Shown: positions 43,670 through 53,698, counted from the stretch's first letter. The stretch is DNA of 64,000 nucleotides from Chlorobiota bacterium (GCA_013152085.1 JAADHC010000054.1:10756-74755), one strand, 5' to 3'. Numbers and translations are program-made. The notes: generated by a model not told the origin, from the letters alone.

Positions 43670-45457
43670 ATGGAAAAAACAAAACCAATTCAGGGAGGAG
43701 AATTCATCGTAAGAGATGTTGACCCGTCTGATGTTTTTATTCCTGAAGAATTTGATGAAGAACAGAAAATGATTGCCCAGACCTGTCAGGATTTTCTTGA
43801 TACGGAGGTAATGTCTAATCTGGATGATATTGACAACCAGAAAGATGGATTGATGCGTTCACTGCTTGAGAAAGCCGGTGAACTTGGACTCCTGGGGCTT
43901 TCCCTGCCGGAAAAATTCGGTGGGTTTGAACAATCCTTTACTACCTCGATGCTGGCTAACGAAATTATGGGTGCAGGACATTCATATGCCGTAGCCTATT
44001 CCTGTCATACCGGTATTGGGTCATTACCCATTCTTTATTACGGAAACGAGGAACAAAAAGAAAAGTATTTGCCAAAGCTTGCTACAGGTGAATGGGCAGG
44101 AGCATACTGCCTGACAGAACCGGGTGCCGGATCGGATGCCAATAACGGTAAAACCAAAGCCACCCTTTCTGAAGATGGGAAACACTATATCCTCAACGGC
44201 CAGAAAATGTGGATCACGAATGCCGGGTTTGCCGATGTATTTACCGTATTTGCCAAAATAGACAACGACCGTGTGCTGAGTGCTTTTATTGTTGAAAGAA
44301 CCTTTCCGGGAATTACTTTTAATCCTGAAGAAAAAAAGATGGGGATCAAAGGATCGTCCACACGGCAGATATTTTTCAATGACTGCAAAGTCCCTGTCGA
44401 AAATCTGTTGGGTGGACGGGGACAAGGCTTCCGTATTGCCCTCACTATCCTGCATATGGGAAGGATTAAACTCGGCAGTAATGTTTTGGGTGCAGCCAAA
44501 CTGTCTATTAATCGTTCTGTATCCTATGCCAATGAACGGAAACAGTTCGGAAGCCTGATCTCCTCCTTTGGTGCCATCAAGTATAAACTGGCAGAGCAGG
44601 TGATAAAAACATTTACTACAGAATCGGCGGTATACCGTGCTTCAAAGAATGTAGATGAAGCCATCGAACAGAATATGCAGAATGATACCTGTACCAAAGA
44701 ACAGGCAACAGCAACGGCTTTTGCCCAATATGCCGTCGAAGCTGCTATTCTGAAAGTTTATGGCTCCGAAGCCCTCGATTATGTTGTGGATGAATCGCTA
44801 CAGATATATGGTGGTATGGGATTCTCTGCCGAGATGCCTGTTGAACGTGGATATCGTGATTCAAGAATTAACAGAATCTTCGAAGGTACCAATGAAATTA
44901 ACCGCTTACTGGTGATTGATACATTGATGAAAAGAGGATCCCGGCATTTTTATGACCTGTTTGGTGAAGCACAGAAAACATGGGATAACCTCGATGAACT
45001 CATCGACAATCCCTCCACAGAAGAAGATAATTATAGCCGGTACCGCGCTTTTATTAATAATGTGAAGAAGCTTTCCATGTTACTTATTAAGGCAGCTTCG
45101 GATAAATATCAACGCAAGCTGGTTTATGAGCAGGAACTGCTGAATAATCTTTCGGATATTATCATGAATCTGTACGTGGGAGAATCCACCTTGTTGCGTG
45201 TGATGAAACTTGAGCAAATGAAAGGGAGTGAGGCAACGGCCCTGTACCGGGATATCCTTGATGTTTATTTGTACGGGGTATCTCAATTGGTCCGGGCCAA
45301 TGGTATTGAAGCGGTTGATGCTATGGGTGATTTTCCGGAAAATGCAAAGGTGAAAAAAGCAATTAAGGTGCTTTGTGATCTGGACGGGATCAACACGCAT
45401 GCTGCCCGCCGGCGTATTGCTGACAAACTGATTGAAGAAAATGGTTATACCTTCTGA
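43670..45457 (+). CDS. Acyl-CoA dehydrogenase (FadE-like, long form)
   Basis: YCLTEPGAGSDA, NGQKMWITN, KKMGIKGSST, QIYGGMGF, IFEGTNEINR. Confidence 0.95.
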   Translation: MEKTKPIQGGEFIVRDVDPSDVFIPEEFDEEQKMIAQTCQDFLDTEVMSNLDDIDNQKDGLMRSLLEKAGELGLLGLSLPEKFGGFEQSFTTSMLANEIMGAGHSYAVAYSCHTGIGSLPILYYGNEEQKEKYLPKLATGEWAGAYCLTEPGAGSDANNGKTKATLSEDGKHYILNGQKMWITNAGFADVFTVFAKIDNDRVLSAFIVERTFPGITFNPEEKKMGIKGSSTRQIFFNDCKVPVENLLGGRGQGFRIALTILHMGRIKLGSNVLGAAKLSINRSVSYANERKQFGSLISSFGAIKYKLAEQVIKTFTTESAVYRASKNVDEAIEQNMQNDTCTKEQATATAFAQYAVEAAILKVYGSEALDYVVDESLQIYGGMGFSAEMPVERGYRDSRINRIFEGTNEINRLLVIDTLMKRGSRHFYDLFGEAQKTWDNLDELIDNPSTEEDNYSRYRAFINNVKKLSMLLIKAASDKYQRKLVYEQELLNNLSDIIMNLYVGESTLLRVMKLEQMKGSEATALYRDILDVYLYGVSQLVRANGIEAVDAMGDFPENAKVKKAIKVLCDLDGINTHAARRRIADKLIEENGYTF

Positions 45458-45545
45458 AATATAGCAACACGTGGGAAATTTTAAGATTTCCACCGGAAAT
45501 GTTAACTTTACCGTTAAACAGACAGCATAAACAAATAGAACAGGA

Positions 45546-45914
45546 ATGAAAAGAAGGGCGGTAATGTCGAAAATGATATCGTTGCTGGTAATATCTGTCC
45601 TCTTCCTTTATACGGGAGGATGCAAAAAACAAAAATGCGGATGCGATGGAGAGGAGTTGTTTACACTGAATGACCAGGCCGGAATACTCTATTACTCAGA
45701 CACAAAGTACAGCTATTTTATCTCAGATGGTGTCTATTCCTATTTTACCATTTGCAATCCTGATGGTGTTTGGGATATGATCAAAAAGTTTAAGAATGGA
45801 GATAAAGTATGGATCACAGGTTCCGTTTCTGATGACTGCATGAAAAAGGTTTCCGGCTGGTATTATTCTAATTATGTTATCCGTGTTGAAAATATAAGGG
45901 AACCCGAATTCTAA
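45546..45914 (+). CDS. Hypothetical Cys-containing lipoprotein
   Basis: Hydrophobic signal ending TGGC-KKQK; 122 aa; own terminator. Confidence 0.65.
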   Translation: MKRRAVMSKMISLLVISVLFLYTGGCKKQKCGCDGEELFTLNDQAGILYYSDTKYSYFISDGVYSYFTICNPDGVWDMIKKFKNGDKVWITGSVSDDCMKKVSGWYYSNYVIRVENIREPEF

Positions 45915-45937
45915 CCTAAACCTGCCTTTTGTTTGTT

Positions 45938-45976
45938 ACCCGGCCATCCATGGTTCCCTATGATGGCCGGGTTTTT
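45938..45976 (+). terminator. Intrinsic terminator
   Basis: ACCCGGCCATC...GATGGCCGGGT followed by TTTT. Confidence 0.75.
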
Positions 45977-46081
45977 AATGGTATATGCTTTTATTGTTTT
46001 GTCACCGGGGAGTGCCAGCCTCTTTAATAACTTTTTTTCCGGTATCCGTATTACCTTTGAAGTATTATAAAATCACAGGAT

Positions 46082-46867
46082 ATGGAAAAAAAAATCTCAA
46101 AAGTAAGCATTACACTTGTGGGCGTGGGTAATCTCGGATACCATTTAGCTCATGCCTTGTACCATGCCGGGTATCAGATGGTTCAGGTTGCCGGTAGGAG
46201 CAGGGACCATGTTGAATCCCTGGCCGTTGAGCTGGGATGCCGGTGGACTGTTCGTCTTACCGAACTTGTCACGGACGTTGACCTGGTTATACTGGCCATA
46301 AACGACCGGGTGTTGGAAACTGTAATACGTCAGGTGGATTTCGGTGAAACCCTGGTGGTTCATACATCCGGGGCTGTACCGCTATCTGTTTTTACCGGTC
46401 ATGTAAAAAATTATGGAGTTTTATATCCTTTACAAACCTTCAGCCGCGGAAGAATCCCCGATTTCAAAGGATTACCCTTTTGTATTGAAGCCTGTATCCC
46501 CGCACATACAGAATTTCTTAATGATCTTGTTTTTTCCCTGACTGCCATTCCTGTAAGGATAGATTCCGCACAACGGGCATATCTTCATCTTTCGGCAGTT
46601 TTTGTAAATAATTTTGTAAACCATCTGTTTGGTTGTGCTGAGGAGATCATGGACAAAGCGATGCTTCCTTTTTCATTGTTGGCCCCAATCATGAGAGAGA
46701 CGATTGCCAAGGCACAGAATATCGGACCCTCAAATGCTCAAACCGGCCCTGCCGTAAGAAATGAAGAAAATGTTATAAAAAAGCATTTAGAATTGTTATC
46801 TTTCTCTCCCGAAATGAAAAAATTGTACGGGGTTCTGACTGAAAGTATTCGGATCAACAGCATATGA
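46082..46867 (+). CDS. Rossmann-like/DUF2520 oxidoreductase (PanG-like)
   Basis: GVGNLG, HTSG, YPLQTFS, HLSAVFVNNF, QTGPAVR. Confidence 0.88.
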   Translation: MEKKISKVSITLVGVGNLGYHLAHALYHAGYQMVQVAGRSRDHVESLAVELGCRWTVRLTELVTDVDLVILAINDRVLETVIRQVDFGETLVVHTSGAVPLSVFTGHVKNYGVLYPLQTFSRGRIPDFKGLPFCIEACIPAHTEFLNDLVFSLTAIPVRIDSAQRAYLHLSAVFVNNFVNHLFGCAEEIMDKAMLPFSLLAPIMRETIAKAQNIGPSNAQTGPAVRNEENVIKKHLELLSFSPEMKKLYGVLTESIRINSI

Positions 46868-46874
46868 TTAAAGT

Positions 46875-47402
46875 ATGGCAGTAAGTAATTTTAAGGAAGA
46901 GTTGAGGAAAGTTAAAGCCTTTGCATTTGATGTGGATGGCGTACTTTCCCGTTCCACAATGAGTCTGCATCCCTCGGGTGAACCTATGCGAACCATAAAT
47001 ATTAAAGATGGCTATGCCCTGCAATTGGCTGTAAAAAAGGGATATCCGATAAGTGTGATTACCGGCGGGTCAACGCATTCAATCCGGCAGCGCTTTAAGG
47101 GACTGGGGATAAAAGATATTTTTTTGGGAGCATCCAATAAAGTCGAAGACCTTTACCGTTTCCTTGAAGGGCACCATCTCGATGCGGCAGATGTTCTCTA
47201 CATGGGTGATGATCTTCCCGACTTTGAGATCATGTCTGCAGTTGGATTTCCGACATGCCCCGCTGACGCGGTAACAGAGATTAAACAAAAAGCTAAATAT
47301 ATTTCTCACCTGAATGGAGGGGAGGGTTGTGTACGGGATGTCATTGAGCAGGTTTTACGTCTGCATCATCAATGGATGGATGGGGATGCTTTTCACTGGT
47401 AA
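46875..47402 (+). CDS. kdsC: KDO 8-phosphate phosphatase-like HAD hydrolase (YrbI family)
   Basis: FDVDGVL, KDGYA, YMGDDLPD, GGEGCVRDVIE. Confidence 0.88.
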   Translation: MAVSNFKEELRKVKAFAFDVDGVLSRSTMSLHPSGEPMRTINIKDGYALQLAVKKGYPISVITGGSTHSIRQRFKGLGIKDIFLGASNKVEDLYRFLEGHHLDAADVLYMGDDLPDFEIMSAVGFPTCPADAVTEIKQKAKYISHLNGGEGCVRDVIEQVLRLHHQWMDGDAFHW

Positions 47403-47406
47403 AGTC

Positions 47407-48396
47407 ATGAAACCATATCTTCGGTTAATACGTTTTCCCAATTTGCTGATCATTATTGTCACAATGCTTCTGGTCAGATACGGGCTGGTGCAACCCCTCC
47501 TGCAACATCTCCCGGGCGTACTGCTGGGGGAAAAAGTTGTGGTACCGGGATTGTCTCTGAAAATGGCTGACTGGCAGTTTGCTCTTCTTATCTTTTCTAC
47601 CGTACTGATTACTGCCGCGGGATATGTTATTAACGACTACTTTGATACGCGTACCGACCTGATCAACCGCCCCGAACGGGTGATTGTTGGTAAAAATATC
47701 TCCCGCAGAGCTACCATGGCACTCCATCTTGTATTAAATATTCTGGGCGTGGGCGCTGGCATCGGACTCTCTTTTGCCATAGGGTTTCCCTTCCTTGGGT
47801 TTATTTTCTTTATCGTTTCCGGTTTGCTTTGGTTTTATTCCACAACCTATAAAAGACAATTCCTGATCGGAAACCTGCTGGTAGCATTTCTGACCGCACT
47901 GGTTCCTTTTATGGTGGTACTCTTCGAAGTCCCGCTTCTGAATAAAGCCTATTCAACATTCCTTGCCAGTAATCATGCTACCTGGAGACCTTTGATTGTC
48001 TGGATAGGGGCATTTTCCGTATTTGCTTTTCTGCTTACACTGATCCGGGAAATAATCAAGGATATGGAAGATTTTGAAGGCGACTGGAGTTTTGGCCGTT
48101 CTTCCCTGCCGGTAGTATTGGGAATGGATACTTCAAGGTATGTAGTGGTCTCACTATTGGGGATAACCATATTTCTGATCATTTACGTGTGGTGCGTGTC
48201 GTTAAAGGATACCTATACCCTGATCTATGGAACCCTGCTTTTAATCATTCCTCTCCTCTGGCTTATTATAAAGATGATCAAGGCAAGAAAGCCATCGGAT
48301 TATCACTCTGCCAGCTCACTAACCAAGTGGATTATGCTGGCAGGTGTATTGTTTATCGTTCTGGTCAGATTCCTTCTAACCACACTGGTAAAATGA
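47407..48396 (+). CDS. UbiA-family prenyltransferase (DGGGP synthase-like)
   Basis: RFPNL, GYVINDYFDTRTDLINRP, REIIKDMEDFEGD; multiple TM segments. Confidence 0.88.
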   Translation: MKPYLRLIRFPNLLIIIVTMLLVRYGLVQPLLQHLPGVLLGEKVVVPGLSLKMADWQFALLIFSTVLITAAGYVINDYFDTRTDLINRPERVIVGKNISRRATMALHLVLNILGVGAGIGLSFAIGFPFLGFIFFIVSGLLWFYSTTYKRQFLIGNLLVAFLTALVPFMVVLFEVPLLNKAYSTFLASNHATWRPLIVWIGAFSVFAFLLTLIREIIKDMEDFEGDWSFGRSSLPVVLGMDTSRYVVVSLLGITIFLIIYVWCVSLKDTYTLIYGTLLLIIPLLWLIIKMIKARKPSDYHSASSLTKWIMLAGVLFIVLVRFLLTTLVK

Positions 48397-48986
48397 CCGG
48401 AAAGTTTCTGAAACAATGGAAAGATAAAGAAGTGATTCTGGCTTCTGCCTCACCGCGGAGAAAAGCCCTCATGAAGGGACTTGATATTCCGTTCAGGGTT
48501 GTGATCCCGGAAAATATTCCCGAATTGTATCCGGAAACATTATCTGTTGAAGACATACCGCTGTTCCTTGCCCGGCAAAAGGCAGAAGCGCACCGGTCTC
48601 TGGTGAAAACTTTATCCGTTTTGCTTACTGCCGATACCATCGTAGTGCAAAATGGCGTGGTTATACAAAAACCGTCAGACCGCCGGGATGCCGAAATGAT
48701 TCTCCAAAAACTTTCGGGTAGAATGCATACCGTACTGACCGGTGTTTGCCTGCGCTCTCCGGAGAAGGAAAGATGTTTTACAGCTATAACAAAAGTGTAT
48801 TTCAGCACGCTGTCCGGATACGAAATCGCCTATTATCTGGATACTTATAAACCATATGATAAAGCGGGGGCATATGGTATTCAGGAATGGATCGGATATG
48901 TAGGTATTGACCGTATTGAAGGATCTTTTTTTAATGTGATGGGATTACCCGTTCACCAGGTTTATCATTATCTGAAAGAATTTTAA
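48393..48986 (+). CDS. maf: Maf family nucleotide pyrophosphatase
   Basis: ILASASPRR, TADTIV, DKAGAYGIQ, NVMGLP; ATGA overlap with the upstream gene. Confidence 0.93.
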   Translation: MTGKFLKQWKDKEVILASASPRRKALMKGLDIPFRVVIPENIPELYPETLSVEDIPLFLARQKAEAHRSLVKTLSVLLTADTIVVQNGVVIQKPSDRRDAEMILQKLSGRMHTVLTGVCLRSPEKERCFTAITKVYFSTLSGYEIAYYLDTYKPYDKAGAYGIQEWIGYVGIDRIEGSFFNVMGLPVHQVYHYLKEF

Positions 48987-49002
48987 TATAAATATCAATA
49001 TT

Positions 49003-51171
49003 ATGAAGAGAATCTCCATATTTCTGGCTATTTTGATTTCTTTATCATCCCTGGTCCTGCGTGCCGATGAGGGGATGTGGATTCCGATGCTGCTAGACCG
49101 TTTTAATATCGATATTATGCATCGGGAGGGTTGTAAGTTGTCAGCAGAAGATATTTACAGTATCAACCAGGCCAGTATAAAAGATGCCGTAATGATTTTT
49201 GGCGGAGGTTGTACAGCCGAGTTGATCTCCGGCGAAGGGTTACTGATTACGAATCACCATTGCGGCTATAGGAGTATTCAGCGTCATTCGTCACTCGGGC
49301 ATGATTATCTGACTGATGGTTTCTGGGCAATGTCAGGAGAAGAGGAACTTCCCAATCCCGGACTGAAAGTAACCTTTCTAAAACGAATGGAAGATGTTAC
49401 GGAGGTTGTTCTCAGCCATCTTACCCCGGGAATAAGTGAGGAGAAACGACAGGAAATTGTTCGTCAGGTGTCGGATTCACTTGCTGCCGCAACAATTAAA
49501 GGCACGCGTTATACGGCTGTAGTAAAGCCGTTTTACCAGGGGAACCAGTACTTTTTGTTTGTTCAGGAAGTGTTTGAAGATGTTCGTCTGGTAGGTGCTC
49601 CGCCTTCATCCATCGGAAAATTCGGAGGTGATACTGACAACTGGATGTGGCCGAGACATACCGGTGATTTTTCCCTTTTCAGAATATATGCAGGAGAGAA
49701 CAATATACCTGCTCCGTATAATCCGGCGAATAAACCGTACCACCCTGCCAAATTTCTTCCTGTATCCCTGAAAGGAATCCATCCCGGTGATTTTACCATA
49801 GTGATGGGATATCCGGGCAGTACGTCGGAATATGTTCCTTCTTATCATCTGAAGATGCTTGTCGAAGATCTTTATCCTAAACTGATCGCAGTGCGGGATA
49901 AAAAACTGGAAATCCTGAATGCCGCTGCTGCCAACGATCCTGCTATCCGGATCAAATACGCGGCAAAAAATGCCAGTATCAGTAATTCATGGAAACGATG
50001 GAAAGGGGAAATTAACGGACTGAATAAACTGGATGCCATCGGTAAAAAACAAAAATATGAAGAAAATATCCTCATATGGCTGTACAATCATCCGGAAATG
50101 CAAGATAAGTATGGTACACTTTTGGCCCGGTACAAGAAATTATATCCTCAATACGGACAATATCTGTTAGCCCGGAATATGGTAATTGAAGTCTTTTTCC
50201 GTTATGGAGCTGAAGTGGTTGGGTTTGCCAGACAATTCAGAACCCTTGAAAATATGGCTTCCGGTGCTGAGAATGCATCACAAACCGGCAAGGTCATTAT
50301 TCGTTTGAAGCAGGCTTTGCGCCGTTTCTACAGGGATTATTCCCCGGCCGTTGACGAACAACTGTTCAAGGTTTTACTTAAAACCTACGAAGATAATCTT
50401 GACCCTGCTTTCTATCCGCCGCTTTTGACTATGATCCGTTCAAAGTATCATGGAAACTACGGGAGTTATATTCATAAGATCTACCGGAAAACCATGTTTG
50501 CTGATTCGGTAAAGGTGATCGCTTTTCTAAATGGGTTTAAAGGGGAGCAAAGTATTAAAAAAATGAAAAAAGATCCTGTATATCAGTGGGTAATGAGTGT
50601 GGATGATATCTATTCAGGTAAGATTGTTCCTGAATTTGAAAAGATGAGTAAAGAAAAGGCCCGCCTTGACCGCTTGTATATGCAATTGCAAATGACCTAT
50701 GATACGTCAAAAGTATTTTATCCCGATGCCAATTTTACCATGCGGGTAACTTACGGGAAAGTGAAAGGATATGAACCGCGTGACGCGGTCTGGTATAAAT
50801 ATTATACTACCCTCAAAGGTGTCATTGAAAAGGATAATCCTCAAATCTATGACTATAATGTTCCGGAAAAACTGAAAGTGTTGTATGAGAATAAAGACTA
50901 TGGCCGGTATGCTGAGAACGGGGAACTCCACGTTTGTTTTATAGCGACCAACCATACAACCGGCGGGAATTCGGGGAGCCCGGTTCTGGATGCCGAAGGA
51001 AACCTGGTAGGTATAAACTTTGACAGAGCCTGGGAAGGAGTGATGAGCGACCTGATGTTTAATCCCGGCCAGTGCAGGAACATCTCTCTTGATATCCGGT
51101 ATGCCCTTTTCCTGATCGATAAATATGCCGGGGCCGGTTACCTGCTGGATGAGATGAATATTGTAGAATAA
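49003..51171 (+). CDS. S46 family dipeptidyl-peptidase (DPP11-like)
   Basis: ADEGMW, TNHHC, DNWMWPRHTGDF, TTGGNSGSPV, NFDRAWEG. Confidence 0.93.
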   Translation: MKRISIFLAILISLSSLVLRADEGMWIPMLLDRFNIDIMHREGCKLSAEDIYSINQASIKDAVMIFGGGCTAELISGEGLLITNHHCGYRSIQRHSSLGHDYLTDGFWAMSGEEELPNPGLKVTFLKRMEDVTEVVLSHLTPGISEEKRQEIVRQVSDSLAAATIKGTRYTAVVKPFYQGNQYFLFVQEVFEDVRLVGAPPSSIGKFGGDTDNWMWPRHTGDFSLFRIYAGENNIPAPYNPANKPYHPAKFLPVSLKGIHPGDFTIVMGYPGSTSEYVPSYHLKMLVEDLYPKLIAVRDKKLEILNAAAANDPAIRIKYAAKNASISNSWKRWKGEINGLNKLDAIGKKQKYEENILIWLYNHPEMQDKYGTLLARYKKLYPQYGQYLLARNMVIEVFFRYGAEVVGFARQFRTLENMASGAENASQTGKVIIRLKQALRRFYRDYSPAVDEQLFKVLLKTYEDNLDPAFYPPLLTMIRSKYHGNYGSYIHKIYRKTMFADSVKVIAFLNGFKGEQSIKKMKKDPVYQWVMSVDDIYSGKIVPEFEKMSKEKARLDRLYMQLQMTYDTSKVFYPDANFTMRVTYGKVKGYEPRDAVWYKYYTTLKGVIEKDNPQIYDYNVPEKLKVLYENKDYGRYAENGELHVCFIATNHTTGGNSGSPVLDAEGNLVGINFDRAWEGVMSDLMFNPGQCRNISLDIRYALFLIDKYAGAGYLLDEMNIVE

Positions 51172-51239
51172 ACGGGAGGTGTGGTATAGTTTTTGTCAAA
51201 AATGTGACTGTCAGGAAATTCCTTTTTATTCGTAATATT

Positions 51240-51584
51240 ATGAAAGCACCTGTTTCCGCATTTTTTAAGTATGGCACTTTCTCATTTCTGTTTATCGTAT
51301 CCTTCCTTTCATTTTATAGTTATGATCAGCAACTGTATATGCCCGGTAGGTTAACGGTATCCCAGGGGACTTACCCGGGCGTGGTTCATCTCACCAGGGA
51401 TACCGTTCTTTATATTTATGATAATATTAGCTGGAAGAGGTTCTCAGGCGATTTCTCAAATGGGACCACACCGGCTCCCCTTTTATCGACAGCTGCGGAT
51501 TTAAATTATATTTACGGAGATGGTGCGGATATGAGTGCATGGAATGCTCTGAAATCACTTAAATCAGCGAAATATACCCGTTAA
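51240..51584 (+). CDS. Hypothetical protein with an N-terminal hydrophobic segment; possibly a gene remnant
   Basis: Open frame 51204..51584 with ATG at 51240; no recognisable motif. Confidence 0.35.
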   Translation: MKAPVSAFFKYGTFSFLFIVSFLSFYSYDQQLYMPGRLTVSQGTYPGVVHLTRDTVLYIYDNISWKRFSGDFSNGTTPAPLLSTAADLNYIYGDGADMSAWNALKSLKSAKYTR

Positions 51585-51594
51585 GAAAGGATCC

Positions 51595-52629
51595 ATGATA
51601 AGAAATCTTTTTCTTCGAGTAAATGGCCGGGGTAATGCCTGGCCTGTGCCTCTGGGGCAGGAACATCCCTTTTACAGCCGGCCGGGAATACCGGATTATG
51701 CCAATGCTTCTTTTTCTTTGCTGATCAAAGATCTGGATGAACATATCCTGACGGATATCCTGATAGATGCAGGCCACGGTATTATACCTTTCCTGTTGTC
51801 TCACGAAAACCGGATCCCCGAAGCCATAGTGATCACTCATCCGCATTTTGACCATATCCTGGGGATGGACTGGATCATACAAAGTTATTACCGCTTTCGC
51901 GGGAAAAAACCCTATCCGGTATATACTACACGGGGATGCCGGCAACAAATTCTGGATACCCTGCCTCATCTGGCTTCTCTGGCTGTTTTTCATGAACTCG
52001 GTTATGGCAAAACGGTACCGGTGAGTGAGACAGAGGGCCTGACCGTAACAGCATATCCTGTCTACCACGGACCACATGCCAGGGGAGCAGCTATGCTGCT
52101 TTTTGAGTGGAAAGCATCGGGAAAAAGAATTGTATTTACCGGTGACCTGTTATTCCCGCTTTTACGAAAATCCGATATCGGACATCTGCAGGGAATCGAT
52201 TGGCTGATTGCCGATGCCAACAACCGGTTCCCATATCCGGAATCCAATCACTGGAGCGTGGTGCGGTCAGAACCGGAAGATCATCAGTATTTGCTGCCCT
52301 GGTTCGGGGAATTAACCACTGATCAGGTTATGCTTCCGCATCAGTACCAGGGATACCGGGAATACAATTATCTTCTGAAATGTTTTCAGGACTTTCCTTC
52401 CGCGAAAATGCAGCCCTTAACCGTAAGTAATTTAGTCCGACGGCTTTCTCCGTCAAATTTAATACTTACGCATTACAGCGGCCTTGAGGATGCAAAATAT
52501 TACGGAGAAAAGCTCCTGGATGTCCAGGGGTTGGAAAAATGGGGACAACAAATGATGGAAAAAGCCGGAGTAACTGTTAAGGTAATGGTTCCGCATACCG
52601 GAGAAATATTAAAACTGGAACGTGACTAA
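51595..52629 (+). CDS. MBL-fold metallo-hydrolase (PhnP/RNase Z-like)
   Basis: LIDAG, THPHFDH, VYHG, FTGD, NHW, LTHYS metal ligands. Confidence 0.85.
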   Translation: MIRNLFLRVNGRGNAWPVPLGQEHPFYSRPGIPDYANASFSLLIKDLDEHILTDILIDAGHGIIPFLLSHENRIPEAIVITHPHFDHILGMDWIIQSYYRFRGKKPYPVYTTRGCRQQILDTLPHLASLAVFHELGYGKTVPVSETEGLTVTAYPVYHGPHARGAAMLLFEWKASGKRIVFTGDLLFPLLRKSDIGHLQGIDWLIADANNRFPYPESNHWSVVRSEPEDHQYLLPWFGELTTDQVMLPHQYQGYREYNYLLKCFQDFPSAKMQPLTVSNLVRRLSPSNLILTHYSGLEDAKYYGEKLLDVQGLEKWGQQMMEKAGVTVKVMVPHTGEILKLERD

Positions 52630-52641
52630 CATTCCGGACGG

Positions 52642-53454
52642 TCATTTTTCTTTTGTTTTGCCGGTCATCGGTACAAAGATCACAGGATATTGTGCCTTTT
52701 TTCTCACTTTACCGTTTATGGTTTTTTCAACCACTGTCAGCCATTGGGTCTGATCAGCTTTTCCAACGGGTATGATGATCCGGCCTCCCGGTTTAAGCTG
52801 GCTGATAAGAGGTTCAGGGATATTCTCAGGGGCACAGGTGACAATGATCCCGTCATAAGGGGCATATTCAGCCCATCCTTCATAACCATCACCAATCTTC
52901 ACTCTGATGGTTTTGTATCCCAGTTTATACAGTAAATCCCCGGCCTGTCTGCCGAGCTCTTCAATAATTTCGATCGTATATACGTAAGGTGTCAGCTCGG
53001 ACAATACTGCCGCCTGATATCCGCTTCCCGTTCCAATCTCCAGGACCTTGTCTCCCGGACTGATGTCGAGAAGTTCGGTCATATGGGCAACAATGAGTGG
53101 CTGTGAGATGGTTTGTCCGTATCCTATTGGCAACGGATGATTTTCATATGCCATTTCACGGTAGGGCTCCGGAACGAAAAGATGCCTGGGAACAGCTTCC
53201 ATTGCCTTCAATACCTCTGCATTCTTTATGGGACTGAAAGGTGCATTTCTGATCTCATTCCGGACCATCCGGAGACGTTCTTCTTTCCTATACTCAAACC
53301 TTGGTCTGACCCATGAAAGGCTTTCCTGTGTCTGCCGTTTCTTATGTAAAGTGTTTATCCTGTTTTCCTGTGTACAGTCCGTGAGACAGGATAAATTCAC
53401 AAATATAATCAGCGACACAACTACAGTGAATAAAAAAGTATATTTAAGTTTCAT
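52642..53454 (-). CDS. pcm: Protein-L-isoaspartate O-methyltransferase with an N-terminal signal/TM extension
   Basis: VPRHLFV, GQTISQP, LEIGTGSGYQAA, GDGYEGW, APYDGIIVT, FVPM. Confidence 0.93.
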   Translation of the reverse strand: MKLKYTFLFTVVVSLIIFVNLSCLTDCTQENRINTLHKKRQTQESLSWVRPRFEYRKEERLRMVRNEIRNAPFSPIKNAEVLKAMEAVPRHLFVPEPYREMAYENHPLPIGYGQTISQPLIVAHMTELLDISPGDKVLEIGTGSGYQAAVLSELTPYVYTIEIIEELGRQAGDLLYKLGYKTIRVKIGDGYEGWAEYAPYDGIIVTCAPENIPEPLISQLKPGGRIIIPVGKADQTQWLTVVEKTINGKVRKKAQYPVIFVPMTGKTKEK

Positions 53455-53698
53455 GACAAATGATTCGATATTCCCGCCGGTATTAATGATAACCCAAATG
53501 CTTTCATTCTCAGGATACTTTTTACGTATCGGCCTTAATTACAAAAGTATAGTAAAGTTATGTTAAAATATTTTGATAGCCTATATTTTGAAATATCTAC
53601 GTAGATAAAGTTTTGTAATAAATAATCATACAGCGTGTTATAATGATGTTGTTTTCACCGGGTTTTTTCTTACAAAAATTTGCAAATAAGAATAACAG

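Noticed and set aside
47407-48396. DGGGP-synthase-like gene as evidence of archaeal-type ether lipids
   Set aside because: It belongs to the common Bacteroidota DUF2520-kdsC-ubiA-maf block, and no GGGP synthase is adjacent.
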